A stretch of DNA of 64,000 bases. Origin: an uncultured Gemmatimonadaceae bacterium. GTDB lineage: Bacteria; Gemmatimonadota; Gemmatimonadetes; Gemmatimonadales; Gemmatimonadaceae. The DNA lies in the NCBI GenBank assembly GCA_963761305.1, contig CAVXGK010000002.1, positions 2,304,001 to 2,368,000 on the forward strand, in the 5' to 3' direction. This document shows, piece after piece, positions 30,392-40,770 of the stretch. Under the pieces are notes generated by a model. The model ran no database searches. It worked only from the letters and a program-made list of their open reading frames with translations, and was not told where the DNA came from. Every line of letters begins with the position of its first letter. Position 1 is the stretch's first letter. The translations under genes were made by a program, and so were the position numbers.

Positions 30392-31319
30392 CGCAGGCTC
30401 CCTGTGGGCGAGGCTGTTCGCCAATCGCTCGGCGCGTTGGGCGCTCATCGTGATCGGCGCGCTCGTGGTCGCGGCCATTGTCGGTCCGTTGCTCAGGTCG
30501 CAGAGTTGCATCGCCCAACCCGACATCGAGCACCTCAAGAACGCCCGGCCGTCCTTCGCCCACCCGTTCGGAACCGACGCGTACAGCCGCGACGTGCTCG
30601 CGCGTGTGCTCTGCGGCGCCCGCATCTCACTCGCCATCGGCGTGCTCGCCGTTGTCGTCTCGACGACGCTCGGCGCCGCGTACGGTCTCGTCGCCGGCTA
30701 CGCGGGCGGCCGCGTGGACGACGTGATGATGCGTTTGCTCGACGCATTCATGTCCATCCCGCGCGTGCTGATCCTCATCGCCGTGCTCACGATCTGGCGC
30801 GCCCCGGTACCGCTCGCGGGATTGATCCTCGTCATCGGCCTCACCGGCTGGTTCACCGTCTCTCGCCTCGTTCGCGCGGAGACGCGGCTGGCGAAGACCG
30901 CCGACTACGTCGCGTCGGCGCGCGCCCTGGGCGCGTCCGACGTACGAATCGTGTTGCGACATCTCCTGCCGAACGTTGCCGCGCCAATCATCGTCAGCTC
31001 CACGCTCGCCGTGGGCAACGTCATCGCTCTCGAGGCCGGCCTCTCGTACCTTGGCATCGGCGCACAACCGCCGACGGCAAGCTGGGGGTCGATCTTCCTC
31101 GACGGCATCGACACGTTCACCACCGCGTGGTGGGTCGTGCTGTTCCCCGGACTCGCCATCGTCATCACCGTGCTCGCGTTCAACATGCTCGGCGACGCCT
31201 TGCGCGACGTGCTCGATCCCCGGCAGCTTCACCTCGATCGTCCGTTCGCGACCGACCCGGCGATCGGACTCTCGCCGGTCTCACCGGCGTCCATGGACCA
31301 ACTCGCGCAGAATGGCTGA
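30384..31319 (+). CDS. Peptide ABC transporter permease (OppC/DppC-like)
   Basis: HPFGTD, ARALGA, HLLPN, GDALRD. Confidence 0.92.
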   Translation: MNSAGSLWARLFANRSARWALIVIGALVVAAIVGPLLRSQSCIAQPDIEHLKNARPSFAHPFGTDAYSRDVLARVLCGARISLAIGVLAVVVSTTLGAAYGLVAGYAGGRVDDVMMRLLDAFMSIPRVLILIAVLTIWRAPVPLAGLILVIGLTGWFTVSRLVRAETRLAKTADYVASARALGASDVRIVLRHLLPNVAAPIIVSSTLAVGNVIALEAGLSYLGIGAQPPTASWGSIFLDGIDTFTTAWWVVLFPGLAIVITVLAFNMLGDALRDVLDPRQLHLDRPFATDPAIGLSPVSPASMDQLAQNG

Positions 31320-32337
31320 TTCGTCTCCGCTCCTCCGGATCGAGAACCTGCGCACGTTTTTCTACGCCGACGGCGGCGTCGCACGGGCCGTCGACGGAAT
31401 CACGTTCGAGATCGGAGCGGGCGAGACGGTCGGGCTCGTCGGCGAATCCGGGTGCGGCAAGTCGGTCACCGCGCTGTCGATCCTTCGCCTGGTCCGGCCT
31501 CCGGGGCGCATCGAGCCGGGCAGCGTGATCCGATTCGACGACAAGGACCTCGTCACGCTCGACGAGAAGTCGATGCGCGCGATCCGCGGCGCCCGCATCG
31601 CCATGGTCTTTCAGGAGCCGATGACCGCGCTCAATCCGGTCTTTTCCGTCGGCGATCAGATCGCCGAGGTCGTGCGCATTCATCACGCCGGAACCAAGCG
31701 GGAAGCGTGGGACCGCGCCGTGAAGATGCTCGAGACGGTCGGCATTCCCGACGCCGCGATGCGCGCGCGCGACTATCCGCACCAGCTCTCCGGCGGAATG
31801 CGCCAACGCGTCGTCATCGCCATGGCGCTCGTGATGAATCCGGCGCTCGTCGTCGCCGACGAGCCCACCACCGCGCTCGACGTCACCATCCAGGCGCAGA
31901 TTCTCGAGCTGCTCGGCGACCTGCAACGGAAGTTCGGCACGTCGATCCTGCTCATCACGCACGACCTGGGGGTCGTCGCCGAAACGGCGTCGCGCGTGAT
32001 CGTGATGTACGCCGGCGAGATCGTCGAGGAATCGCCGGTCGGCGAGCTGTTCGCCCACGCTCACCATCCGTACACCGAAGGCTTGTTGGCCGCGATGCCG
32101 CGCGTCGGACAGGAGCGCGAGCGATTGGCGACGATCCCGGGCACTGTTCCACCGCCGAGCGCGTGGCCGACGGGATGTCGCTTCCACGATCGCTGCGCAT
32201 ATGCCTGGGAGAGATGCTCCACCGAGCATCCGCCGCTCTATCAGATAAGCGAGCATCACGTTTCTCGCTGTCACCTCGCGGAAGAACCCGCCCGTCGCTC
32301 ACAGCGCCACGAACCCGCCGCGGCGATCAAGTCGTGA
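31312..32337 (+). CDS. Peptide ABC transporter ATP-binding protein (OppD/DppD-like)
   Basis: [33 protein letters not shown]. Confidence 0.93.
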   Translation: MADSSPLLRIENLRTFFYADGGVARAVDGITFEIGAGETVGLVGESGCGKSVTALSILRLVRPPGRIEPGSVIRFDDKDLVTLDEKSMRAIRGARIAMVFQEPMTALNPVFSVGDQIAEVVRIHHAGTKREAWDRAVKMLETVGIPDAAMRARDYPHQLSGGMRQRVVIAMALVMNPALVVADEPTTALDVTIQAQILELLGDLQRKFGTSILLITHDLGVVAETASRVIVMYAGEIVEESPVGELFAHAHHPYTEGLLAAMPRVGQERERLATIPGTVPPPSAWPTGCRFHDRCAYAWERCSTEHPPLYQISEHHVSRCHLAEEPARRSQRHEPAAAIKS

Positions 32338-33440
32338 CCGCCTCGCCCGCTGTCCACCCGTCCACCCGTCCACCTGTCCACCCGCTGTTGTCCGTCCGCA
32401 ACCTCGTCAAGAATTTCCCCATCAAGAAAGGCGCATTCGGCAAGGCTGCCGGCGTCGTTCGCGCGGTGAACGACGTCTCGTTCGACGTGATGCCCGGCGA
32501 AACGCTCGGGCTCGTCGGCGAATCGGGATGCGGAAAGTCGACCACGGGACGCATGATTCTTCGTCTCATCGAACCCACCGCCGGCCGCGTGGAGTTCGAC
32601 GGCATCGACCTCACCGCGCTCGACGCGCGCGCGATGCGAACGATCCGGCGACGAATTCAGGTCATCTTCCAGGATCCCTTTTCGTCCCTCAATCCGCGCA
32701 TGACCGTCGGCGCGATCGTGCGCGAGGGGCTCACGATCCACAAGATCGCCGAGGGCGCCGCGGCCGACACGCGCGTGCGGCAACTGCTCGACGAAGTCGG
32801 GCTTCGTCCCGAGTACGTGTCGCGCTATCCGCATGAGTTTTCCGGCGGCCAGCGACAGCGCATCGGCATTGCCCGCGCGCTCGCCGTCGAGCCGAACTTC
32901 ATCGTCTGCGACGAACCGGTCTCGGCGCTGGACGTATCGGTGCAGGCGCAGGTCATCAACCTGATGCAGGACCTGCAGCGCGATCGCGGCCTCGCCTACC
33001 TGTTCATCGCCCACGATCTGTCGGTCGTCGAACACATCGCCGACCGCGTCGCCGTGATGTACCTCGGCAAGATCGTCGAGCTGGCGAGCGCGGCCGATCT
33101 CTATCGCGACCCGGTGATGCCGTACACCCAGGCGCTGCTCTCGGCCGTTCCGGTTCCCGACCCCAGCGCCAAGAAGTCGCGCGTCGTGCTGACCGGCGAT
33201 GTCCCGTCGCCCGCGAACCCGCCAACCGGATGCGTGTTCCATCCTCGCTGCCAGCATCCGGCCAAGGATGCCGCGTGCAGCGAGATCGTTCCGCCCCTCG
33301 AGGAAAAGGCGCCGCAGCACTGGGCGGCGTGCATCAAACAGCCTCCCACCGGGGTAGACTGGCGAGTGCAACAGGCGGCGGGAGGAACGAAGCAGCCTTT
33401 CCGGTGGACCGGTGGACCGGTGGACCGGTCGACCGCGTAG
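32334..33440 (+). CDS. Peptide ABC transporter ATP-binding protein (OppF/DppF-like); both termini contain octamer-repeat sequence
   Basis: [26 protein letters not shown]. Start is GTG 32334 (GTGA overlap) or TTG 32388. Confidence 0.92.
   Translation: MTASPAVHPSTRPPVHPLLSVRNLVKNFPIKKGAFGKAAGVVRAVNDVSFDVMPGETLGLVGESGCGKSTTGRMILRLIEPTAGRVEFDGIDLTALDARAMRTIRRRIQVIFQDPFSSLNPRMTVGAIVREGLTIHKIAEGAAADTRVRQLLDEVGLRPEYVSRYPHEFSGGQRQRIGIARALAVEPNFIVCDEPVSALDVSVQAQVINLMQDLQRDRGLAYLFIAHDLSVVEHIADRVAVMYLGKIVELASAADLYRDPVMPYTQALLSAVPVPDPSAKKSRVVLTGDVPSPANPPTGCVFHPRCQHPAKDAACSEIVPPLEEKAPQHWAACIKQPPTGVDWRVQQAAGGTKQPFRWTGGPVDRSTA
32351..32382 (+). repeat. Octamer array (YGTCCACC)x4
   Basis: TGTCCACC CGTCCACC CGTCCACC TGTCCACC. 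Confidence 0.9.
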
Positions 33441-33493
33441 CCCGTCGCCTTTCGCCGTTCCGGTCTACCGGTCTACCGGTCCACCTGTCAACC
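33403..33493. repeat. Inverted pair of 4-unit octamer arrays
   Basis: (GGTGGACC)3 GGTCGACC at 33403-33434; GGTCTACC GGTCTACC GGTCCACC TGTCAACC at 33462-33493. Confidence 0.9.
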
Positions 33494-33500
33494 TCTCCCA

Positions 33501-35063
33501 ATGACAATCATCGACGTCCGCGAACCAGACGTACCTGCGGCGCTGGGCGCGCGCCCGTCCGCGCTCGACGATCGCGCGCTCTTCGGGCATCCGCGCGGCC
33601 TCGGTCTCCTGTTTTTCACGGAGATGTGGGAGCGGTTCTCGTACTACGGCATGCGCGCGATCCTCGTGCTCTACCTGGTCAACGCGCTCAAGTGGGACAC
33701 GCCGCGCGCGGCGAATCTGTACGGCACGTACACGATGCTCGTGTACCTCACGCCGGTCATCGGCGGATTTCTCGCCGATCGGCTCATCGGCACACGACGC
33801 TCGCTCGTCATCGGCAGCCTGGTCATCGCGCTCGGCCACTTCACGCTGGCCTTCCCCGGGATGACCACGTTCTACGTCGGGCTCGGGCTCATCATCGTCG
33901 GCACCGGCTTCTTCAAGTCGAACGTGTCGACGATGGTCGGACAGATCTATCCCGAGGGCGATCGGCGTCGCGATTCCGGTTTCACGATCTTCTATGTCGG
34001 CATCAATGTCGGCGCGGCGCTCGGCCCGCTCTTCTGCGGAGGCTTCGCGCAGAACCCGCGCTTTGGCTGGCATTGGGGGTTCGCCTGCTCCGGCGTCGGC
34101 ATGCTGCTCGGACTCGTCACCTACCTGTGGGGCCGCGACAAGTACTTGCCCGGCATCGGCACGTCGCCGACGCGTACCAGGGTCACGGCTGTCTCGGCGG
34201 ACGCGGGCCCAAAAGCGAACACGACTCTCCACGGCGCGATCGGCGTCGTCCTCGGCGGCGTGCTCGGTTGGTTCCTCGGCGACGCGAGCGTGCTCGGCAT
34301 TCTGATGGGCGTCGTGATCGGCCCCGCGCTCACGATCAGCTTGCTCGGCTCGCACGGCGAAGAACGAAAACGCGTCGTCGCACTTTTCATCGTCGTGTTT
34401 TTCGTGATCTTCTTCTGGGCGGCCTACGAGCAGACCGGCAGCTCGATGAATCTCTTCGCCGACAAGAACACCAACCTCAAGGCCGGCTCATTCAACATTC
34501 CGTCGAGCTGGTTTCAGTCGGTGAATCCGTTCGACATCATCATCTTCGCGCCGCTGTTCGCGTGGATGTGGACGGTGCTCGGCAAGCGCCGCCGCGAACC
34601 GTCGACGGCGCTCAAGATGGTGCTCGGCCTCGCGCTGCTGGCAACGGGATTCCTCTTCATGGTCATCGGCGGCGAGCGCGCCGACACCGGCATTCTCGTC
34701 AGCCCGTTCTGGCTCGTCGCCGCATACACGTTCCACACGTGGGGCGAGCTCTGTCTCTCACCGGTCGGCCTGTCGTACGTGACGAAGGTCGCGCCCGTGC
34801 GATTCGCATCGCTCCTCATGGGCGTGTGGTTCCTGGCCAATGCCGCCGCGAACAAGATCGCCGGCGCCGTCGCCGCGTTCACCCCGACGCCCGGCGAGAA
34901 GCCGCAAGCGATCGCCGGTGGACTGGCGGGATTCATCCAGTCGGTGAGCGCGACGAATCACGGTTTCTACATGATCTTCGTCGTCGCGGGGTTCGCGGCC
35001 GCCGCGCTGATGCTGCTGTTCGTACCGCTCCTCAAACGCCTGACGAGCAGCGTGGCTGCGTGA
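33501..35063 (+). CDS. POT/PTR family di/tripeptide:H+ symporter
   Basis: FGHPRG, ExxERFxYY (EMWERFSYYG), GTGFFKSN, FYVGINVG, GELCLSP. Confidence 0.95.
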   Translation: MTIIDVREPDVPAALGARPSALDDRALFGHPRGLGLLFFTEMWERFSYYGMRAILVLYLVNALKWDTPRAANLYGTYTMLVYLTPVIGGFLADRLIGTRRSLVIGSLVIALGHFTLAFPGMTTFYVGLGLIIVGTGFFKSNVSTMVGQIYPEGDRRRDSGFTIFYVGINVGAALGPLFCGGFAQNPRFGWHWGFACSGVGMLLGLVTYLWGRDKYLPGIGTSPTRTRVTAVSADAGPKANTTLHGAIGVVLGGVLGWFLGDASVLGILMGVVIGPALTISLLGSHGEERKRVVALFIVVFFVIFFWAAYEQTGSSMNLFADKNTNLKAGSFNIPSSWFQSVNPFDIIIFAPLFAWMWTVLGKRRREPSTALKMVLGLALLATGFLFMVIGGERADTGILVSPFWLVAAYTFHTWGELCLSPVGLSYVTKVAPVRFASLLMGVWFLANAAANKIAGAVAAFTPTPGEKPQAIAGGLAGFIQSVSATNHGFYMIFVVAGFAAAALMLLFVPLLKRLTSSVAA

Positions 35064-35069
35064 TCGGTC

Positions 35070-36809
35070 TCACGGCCATCTGAACACGCTCGACGGGACG
35101 GTCTGTTCTCGCGTCGCTTGGACGTCGAACGGCTCGGGCAGAAAGAACGTCGTGAAATCCGAGCTTGAAACACGAACCTCGAATCGGTGTCCGCCGATCT
35201 CGGGGTTCAGCACATATGCGAGGTCGAGTCGCCAGATCCGCGGCGAGCGGGGCGGCGCGGAACCGAGCAGACTCACGCCGACCGACCCACGCGTTGGCGT
35301 GTTCACGCCGTAGGGAATGTCACCGGCCCACAGCCGGCCGGCGTCGGCGAAAGCGCCGACGCCGAAGTCGAACAATCCGTTCGGCCGTCCGAGAAACGAT
35401 CGCGTGTCGAGCCGCGCGACGAATCGCCGGGCGCCGGGTGTGCTCGACCCCGAAAACCCGCGCACTCCACCCACGGGATCGCTCAGCGTGAAGTTGTACG
35501 GGATGCGCTGCTGCCAGCCGCCGCTGAAGCCGAGCGAGAGCGTCGTCGTGTTGTTCACCGTGGGCTTGAAATACTGAATGGCGAGCGCGTCGGCGAGCAG
35601 GCCGTCCCACACGTTCGCCGAATTGTCGTGGCGGCCTTCGCCCTCCGCCTGGAGACGGAGCGCGTTGTTGCGCCCGATCGCGCCCACGTACAGATCGCTC
35701 GACGCGAAGATGTCGTCGTCGCGCGCGCCGAGCGCCGTGACGCTTCGGCCGAAGAGCGTACCAACCTGAAATCCGACCGGAAAGTCTTCCGTCGCCGTCA
35801 ACGCGTCGAGCCCTCTCACCTGGGTGAAGCCGATGTCGCGCACACCCCACAGCATGTTGACGCGAGCGATGCGATGGTCGACGTATCGATTGAGCAGCGC
35901 CGTGCTCGTGTCGGGCGCGAACCCGTGGTTGGTCACGAGCACCTGCGTATCGCCGGGGCGCTCGTCGTCGCCCGACAGCGAGATGCCGAAGAGACTGAGC
36001 CGTCCCGGCGGCCCGATGCGCATCACGCCACCCACCTCGAAGAAGCTCCGCACCAGCCGAATCGCGTGGTTCGAGTTGATGTCGTTCTCGAACTGCACGT
36101 AGTCGTCGAGCGTTCCGAGCTGAACGATCCACGCGAAACGTTGGATGTCGGTGTAGAACGGGTGAAATCCGCGCCCGACCCAATCGGTCCCGAGCGGGTT
36201 GCGAAACGCCTGCACGCTGAGCGTGTAGGGCCGTCCGAACATCTGGTTGTCGATGAGTCGCCCTCCGAACGCGTCGCGGAACGCGCCGCCGTCCCGCCAA
36301 TCGCCCGCGAGGTAGATGCCTTCACCATCGAGATTGGCGTCGCCGAATCGAAAGAAACGGACGAACGGGTGTCCTGGCCCGATCGCCGCATCCAGCACGA
36401 GCGAGATTTCGTCGCTCGTCTCGACGAGCAGCGTGACGCCGCCCTGATCGTCCGAGATCGCGCGCACCGAGGCATCGGCGATGAACGGCTGCGCACGCAG
36501 GATGCGCTCCGAGTCGGCGCGACGCAGTTCGTCGCATGCATCACCGCGCGAGAGGAGCAGAAATCGCGCGATGACCTCCGGGTTCGTCGTGACATGAATT
36601 GCCGAGAGGAAGCTGTGGATCAGCGGCACGTGCCGGAGAACCGCGGCCGTCGGCGCCGAGCTTCGAACCACGATGCCGTCGATGCGCTGGCCGAAACAGT
36701 GCACGAACACCGTGTCCGTCGTGGGCGTTTGCGCCCCCGCACTCGCGGCACTGCTGAGCAGCGCGACGCCGACGCAGCCGAGCAGGTGCCGAACGCTCAG
36801 GAGTCGAAT
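35070..36809 (-). CDS. Omp85/BamA-like outer-membrane protein with POTRA-like N-terminus; start codon uncertain
   Basis: SERILR..FI POTRA-like segment, GGVRGF barrel motif, FADAGRLW. The signal peptide lies upstream of the first GTG (36710). Confidence 0.7.
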   Translation of the reverse strand: MRLLSVRHLLGCVGVALLSSAASAGAQTPTTDTVFVHCFGQRIDGIVVRSSAPTAAVLRHVPLIHSFLSAIHVTTNPEVIARFLLLSRGDACDELRRADSERILRAQPFIADASVRAISDDQGGVTLLVETSDEISLVLDAAIGPGHPFVRFFRFGDANLDGEGIYLAGDWRDGGAFRDAFGGRLIDNQMFGRPYTLSVQAFRNPLGTDWVGRGFHPFYTDIQRFAWIVQLGTLDDYVQFENDINSNHAIRLVRSFFEVGGVMRIGPPGRLSLFGISLSGDDERPGDTQVLVTNHGFAPDTSTALLNRYVDHRIARVNMLWGVRDIGFTQVRGLDALTATEDFPVGFQVGTLFGRSVTALGARDDDIFASSDLYVGAIGRNNALRLQAEGEGRHDNSANVWDGLLADALAIQYFKPTVNNTTTLSLGFSGGWQQRIPYNFTLSDPVGGVRGFSGSSTPGARRFVARLDTRSFLGRPNGLFDFGVGAFADAGRLWAGDIPYGVNTPTRGSVGVSLLGSAPPRSPRIWRLDLAYVLNPEIGGHRFEVRVSSSDFTTFFLPEPFDVQATREQTVPSSVFRWP

Positions 36810-36812
36810 TGC

Positions 36813-37388
36813 CTACTTCCCCATTTTTCGCTTGAGCTCATCCAGCCGGCGCGCGGCATCCGCTTCGCGGTCGGCGCGGTCGCGGTCGCGTCCGAGCGCG
36901 TCGATCTCCGAGCGAACCGACGCACCCGCGGTGTCATCGAGGCCCAGCTCAGCGTCGCTGATCGGACCGCCGGCAACTCCATCAGGGGCGCCCGCGGGGC
37001 CGCCGGCCAGAATCGACTTCAGCTCGGCGGACATCTCCGAAACCTCTCGCTCGGCCAGCGCCACCTCTGATTCCTGCGCCGCGACTTTGCGCCGAAGCAT
37101 GTCCACTCGCTGGCTGTGCATTTGTTCGTATTTCGCGCCGAGCTCCGACGTCTCGCGGTCGCCGATGCCCTCGGCCAGCTGCTTGCGCCGACGCACCGTC
37201 TCGAGCTCTCGCTCTTCGCGCGACAAACGCTCGCGCGCCTTGGCGAGCCCGTCGCGCAAATCGTCGAGGCCGACCCGCGCCTGCACGAGGGTCTCTTTCA
37301 TGCGCGACGCAACGGCGCGCCGCTCCTCGGGACGCGTCGCGCGTGCGAGCAGCTCGTCGAACGAACGCCGAAAACCGTCAAATACCAT
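36813..37388 (-). CDS. PspA/IM30-like coiled-coil protein
   Basis: GAGGAG RBS, long helical heptads, C-terminal RLDELKRKMGK. Confidence 0.65.
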   Translation of the reverse strand: MVFDGFRRSFDELLARATRPEERRAVASRMKETLVQARVGLDDLRDGLAKARERLSREERELETVRRRKQLAEGIGDRETSELGAKYEQMHSQRVDMLRRKVAAQESEVALAEREVSEMSAELKSILAGGPAGAPDGVAGGPISDAELGLDDTAGASVRSEIDALGRDRDRADREADAARRLDELKRKMGK

Positions 37389-37438
37389 CGCGGTGTTGCT
37401 CCTCGGGCCGGTTCGTGTACGATACTGGACGGGTTCAT

Positions 37439-38158
37439 ATGCCGCCATTCGTCATCGTTACCGCCACCACGGAATCTCTACGTGGACGCGCCCGCGTTCG
37501 CGTCAATGAGGCGTACACCGACGCGCTCACGTCGGTTGGACTGATTCCGCTCATCCTGCCGCCGGTCGACGCGGCGATGGCCGTCGCCGCGCTCGACGGC
37601 GTCGCCGGTCTGGTCCTGACCGGCGGCGAGGACGTGGGCGCCGAGCACTTCGGCCAGACGCCACATCCGGCGATGGGCACGCCTCATCCGGCGCGCGACG
37701 AATACGAGCTCGCTCTCGCCCACGGCGCACGCGACCACCGTTTGCCCACGCTGGCGATCTGCCGCGGCGCTCAGGTGATGAACGTCGCGCTCGGCGGCAC
37801 GCTGCTTCAGGACATTCCATCGCTGCGCCCGGCGGCCGCCAATCACGATCTCTCGACTCGCCGATCCGAGCGAGTCCACGAAGCGGCGATCGAACCCGGC
37901 ACGTCGCTCGCCAAGGTCGTGGGCGACACGACGATCACCGTGAATTCGTCGCACCATCAGGCCGTCGACAAAATCGCGCCGTCGCTCCGCGTATCCGCAA
38001 CCAGTCCCGACGGCGTGATCGAAGCGATCGAGCCGGCGAGCGGCGATTGGTGGATGATCGCCGTGCAGTGGCACCCCGAAGAGTTGACCGCGACGCCCGA
38101 GCCGTGGGACCGTCGCCTTTTCTCGGCGTTCGCCGAGGCGGTTCGAGCCGGGGACTGA
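37439..38158 (+). CDS. Peptidase C26 / gamma-glutamyl-GABA hydrolase family
   Basis: LTGGEDV, RDEYE, AICRG, VNSSHHQ, VQWHPE. Confidence 0.92.
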   Translation: MPPFVIVTATTESLRGRARVRVNEAYTDALTSVGLIPLILPPVDAAMAVAALDGVAGLVLTGGEDVGAEHFGQTPHPAMGTPHPARDEYELALAHGARDHRLPTLAICRGAQVMNVALGGTLLQDIPSLRPAAANHDLSTRRSERVHEAAIEPGTSLAKVVGDTTITVNSSHHQAVDKIAPSLRVSATSPDGVIEAIEPASGDWWMIAVQWHPEELTATPEPWDRRLFSAFAEAVRAGD

Positions 38159-38179
38159 GAGCGAGACTGACGAAGCGCG

Positions 38180-38911
38180 CTACGCCAGTCGCTTCCAGCG
38201 GAACTCGTCTCTCACCTGCCGCATCAACCGCTCGGGCGAATGCACGGCGGGAAAGAAGAGCGTGTCGCTCACCGAGTTGAGCGCCGTCCGCAGCAGACCG
38301 AACCGCGCCGCCGCATTGGCAAAGAGCGCGGAGAGTCCGTGTTCTTCAGCCAACCGATGGTCGGCAGCGAGCTCGAACCCGCGGCGCCCCATCGCCTCGT
38401 AGTAATCGAGATCGGGGCCGCCGCGCGTCGAGTGGCGCTGCTCGATGAAGTCGGGGAAGATTCCGCTCAACCAGAGCGCGTAGTTGCCGAGGTGCGTTCG
38501 CACGAGGAAGCTGCGGCGCGTGTCCGGATCATTCAGATCTTCCCAGAGCGCGACGATCGCGTCGTACACCTCGTCATCCGACTCCGAGATCCGGTGCGCG
38601 CGGTCGCGCACGCCGAAACTGAGCACGACGGCGGTGACGTAGTCGGCGAGCGCGCGGTCCGATTCTCCAGCCTGCCGCAGCGATGCGCGGATCATCACGT
38701 AGGCGAAGAGCGTGAGGGACGCGTGCGCGCCGCGGGGATCACGCCTCAGCGCGGCCGACAGGCGGGGATCGTCGAGGATCACGTCGATTCCCTCGTCCGC
38801 CAGGCGCGCCTCGAGCGTCGCGAGGTCCTGTCCGGACTCGCTGGCCAGGAGCCGCGCCGCGAGCTGAGCGTCGTCGCGGGTGAGTCGGTGTCGTGTGTCG
38901 GCGAGAATCAT
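38180..38911 (-). CDS. Hypothetical helical protein, 243 aa
   Basis: Fills the gap with GC3-rich codons; HLGNYALWLSGIFPD, YYEAMGRRGF. Confidence 0.75.
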   Translation of the reverse strand: MILADTRHRLTRDDAQLAARLLASESGQDLATLEARLADEGIDVILDDPRLSAALRRDPRGAHASLTLFAYVMIRASLRQAGESDRALADYVTAVVLSFGVRDRAHRISESDDEVYDAIVALWEDLNDPDTRRSFLVRTHLGNYALWLSGIFPDFIEQRHSTRGGPDLDYYEAMGRRGFELAADHRLAEEHGLSALFANAAARFGLLRTALNSVSDTLFFPAVHSPERLMRQVRDEFRWKRLA

Positions 38912-38919
38912 TGATGCCT

Positions 38920-38951
38920 GGTGGACAGGTGGACAGGTGGACGGGTGGACA
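38920..38951 (-). repeat. Octamer array x4
   Basis: Plus strand GGTGGACA GGTGGACA GGTGGACG GGTGGACA. Confidence 0.9.
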
Positions 38952-39136
38952 GGAACAGCCGAGCCCCCTCTAGCCCTTCTACCCCTCTAATCCCTCAAAC
39001 CGTTCAACTAGCCAGTCTCGTTCCATCCCCCTTTCAAGGACGCGCGGGTCGGACACCGGTTACCCCCTGAAACGCCTGCGCCCCGCGCGTGTATTGCACT
39101 TGGTAGATTGGATTAAGTCCTTGGGCTCGTGGTTCC

Positions 39137-39168
39137 CGTCCACCTGTCCACCCGTCCACCTGTCCACC
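39137..39168 (+). repeat. Octamer array x4
   Basis: CGTCCACC TGTCCACC CGTCCACC TGTCCACC. Confidence 0.9.
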
Positions 39169-39175
39169 TGCCCTC

Positions 39176-39916
39176 GTGCTGTACATCTGCATTCCCGCGT
39201 ACGACGAAGCGCAAACGGTCGGTGTGCTCCTCTGGCGCATCCGTAAGGTGTTCCAGGAGTACCCGCGCGACTACGAGATCCTCGTCTTCGACGACGGCAG
39301 CACGGATTCGACGGCCGAAGTCCTCCGTGGCTATGCCGACGTGCTCCCGCTCACGGTGCTGGGCGGATCCGAGCACCTCGGGTATGACCGCGCGCTCGAC
39401 GCGCTGTGTCGGGCCGCGGCCAACCGCACGCGCTATCCGCGGCGTGACGGACTGATCACCATGCAGGCCGATTTCACCGACCAACCCGAGCATCTCCCGG
39501 AGCTGATCAAACGGTTCGAGGGCGGCGCCGACCTCGTCGTGGCCGAACGGAAGCTACCCGGGACGGCGCCCAAAGCCGTGCGCCGTCTCGGCTGGATCGC
39601 GTCGTGGGCCGCGCGGCGCGCCGGCAAGGTGGCCGGCGTCAACGATCCGTTCGGAGCCCTGCGACTCTATCGAATCTCGCTCATTCGAGATCTGTTGAAG
39701 GACGCCGGCGACGCACCGCTCGTCCAGGGGCAAGGGTGGGCCGCCAACTTGTCCCTGCTGCATCAGGCCGCGCCACGAGCGCGGCGTGTCGAGACGGTCG
39801 AGGTGGAACCGCGCTACGACGTTCGCGCGCGCGAGACCCGCGTTCGTCCCTGGACCGACGGGCTCGCCCTGTTGCGCGCCGGACGCGGCATGCGCGTGGA
39901 GCGGCCGGCCTCGTGA
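39176..39916 (+). CDS. Glycosyltransferase family 2
   Basis: ICIPAYDE, VFDDGSTDST, TMQAD. Confidence 0.85.
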   Translation: MLYICIPAYDEAQTVGVLLWRIRKVFQEYPRDYEILVFDDGSTDSTAEVLRGYADVLPLTVLGGSEHLGYDRALDALCRAAANRTRYPRRDGLITMQADFTDQPEHLPELIKRFEGGADLVVAERKLPGTAPKAVRRLGWIASWAARRAGKVAGVNDPFGALRLYRISLIRDLLKDAGDAPLVQGQGWAANLSLLHQAAPRARRVETVEVEPRYDVRARETRVRPWTDGLALLRAGRGMRVERPAS

Positions 39917-40770
39917 TTCGCCTGCCGCACGGCCCCGCGCTCCGCTCGCTGCTCATCAGCGCGGTGCTGGCCGTGCTCCCGGCGAGCGCGCAGGAATCCG
40001 GTGCGCCGCTCGTCGCGGCGCGTCCCGCCGAGGCGGCGCACGTGCCGTTCGGCGTTGGCGAGCGCATGGAGTACGACATCAGGTACAAGGGCATCCACGT
40101 CGGCACCGGCGACATGGAAGTGCTGCCGATGGACACGGTGCGCGGTCTCGACGTGTGGCATACGATCTTTCGAATGAGCGGCGGCTTTCTCTTCTACAAG
40201 GTCAACGACAAGTACGATTCGTGGCTCGACGCCCGTACGCTGGCGTCGCTTCGCTACTGGCAGGATATCGATGAGGGCTCGTACGAGCCGAAGCGGCACT
40301 ACGAGATTTTCCCGGAAAGGCGGCAGTACGTCGAGAACAACAAGGAGCCCGCGGCGAGCGTGGAGCACCCGCTCGACGACGGATCGTTCCTCTACTATCT
40401 CCGCACGGTTCCACTCCGCGTGGGGATGGACACGACGCTCAACGACTACTTCAAGGCCGAGAAGAATCCGATCCGCTTCAAGGTGCTGCGCAGGGACACG
40501 ATCGACGTGCCGGCCGGCCGATTCCCGGCGCTCGTCGTGCAGCCGATCTTCCAATCGAAGAACCTCTTCTCCGACGGCGGTCACGCCGAGGTCTGGCTTT
40601 CCGACGACACGAACCACATCATGCTGCAGATGAAGTCGAACGTGCGATTCGGTTCCCTCAGCCTCTACCTCAAATCGTACCGCCCGTCTCAGACGACGCC
40701 GGCGCCTCAGCCCGCCGCGAACAAGCCGCCGGACAACCCGCCACTACCGGCGCCCCCCGCGCAGGACTGA
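39913..40770 (+). CDS. DUF3108-like exported protein
   Basis: Signal peptide (..PASA-QE), PFGVGERMEY, IDVPAGRF, VWLSDD. Confidence 0.8.
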   Translation: MIRLPHGPALRSLLISAVLAVLPASAQESGAPLVAARPAEAAHVPFGVGERMEYDIRYKGIHVGTGDMEVLPMDTVRGLDVWHTIFRMSGGFLFYKVNDKYDSWLDARTLASLRYWQDIDEGSYEPKRHYEIFPERRQYVENNKEPAASVEHPLDDGSFLYYLRTVPLRVGMDTTLNDYFKAEKNPIRFKVLRRDTIDVPAGRFPALVVQPIFQSKNLFSDGGHAEVWLSDDTNHIMLQMKSNVRFGSLSLYLKSYRPSQTTPAPQPAANKPPDNPPLPAPPAQD

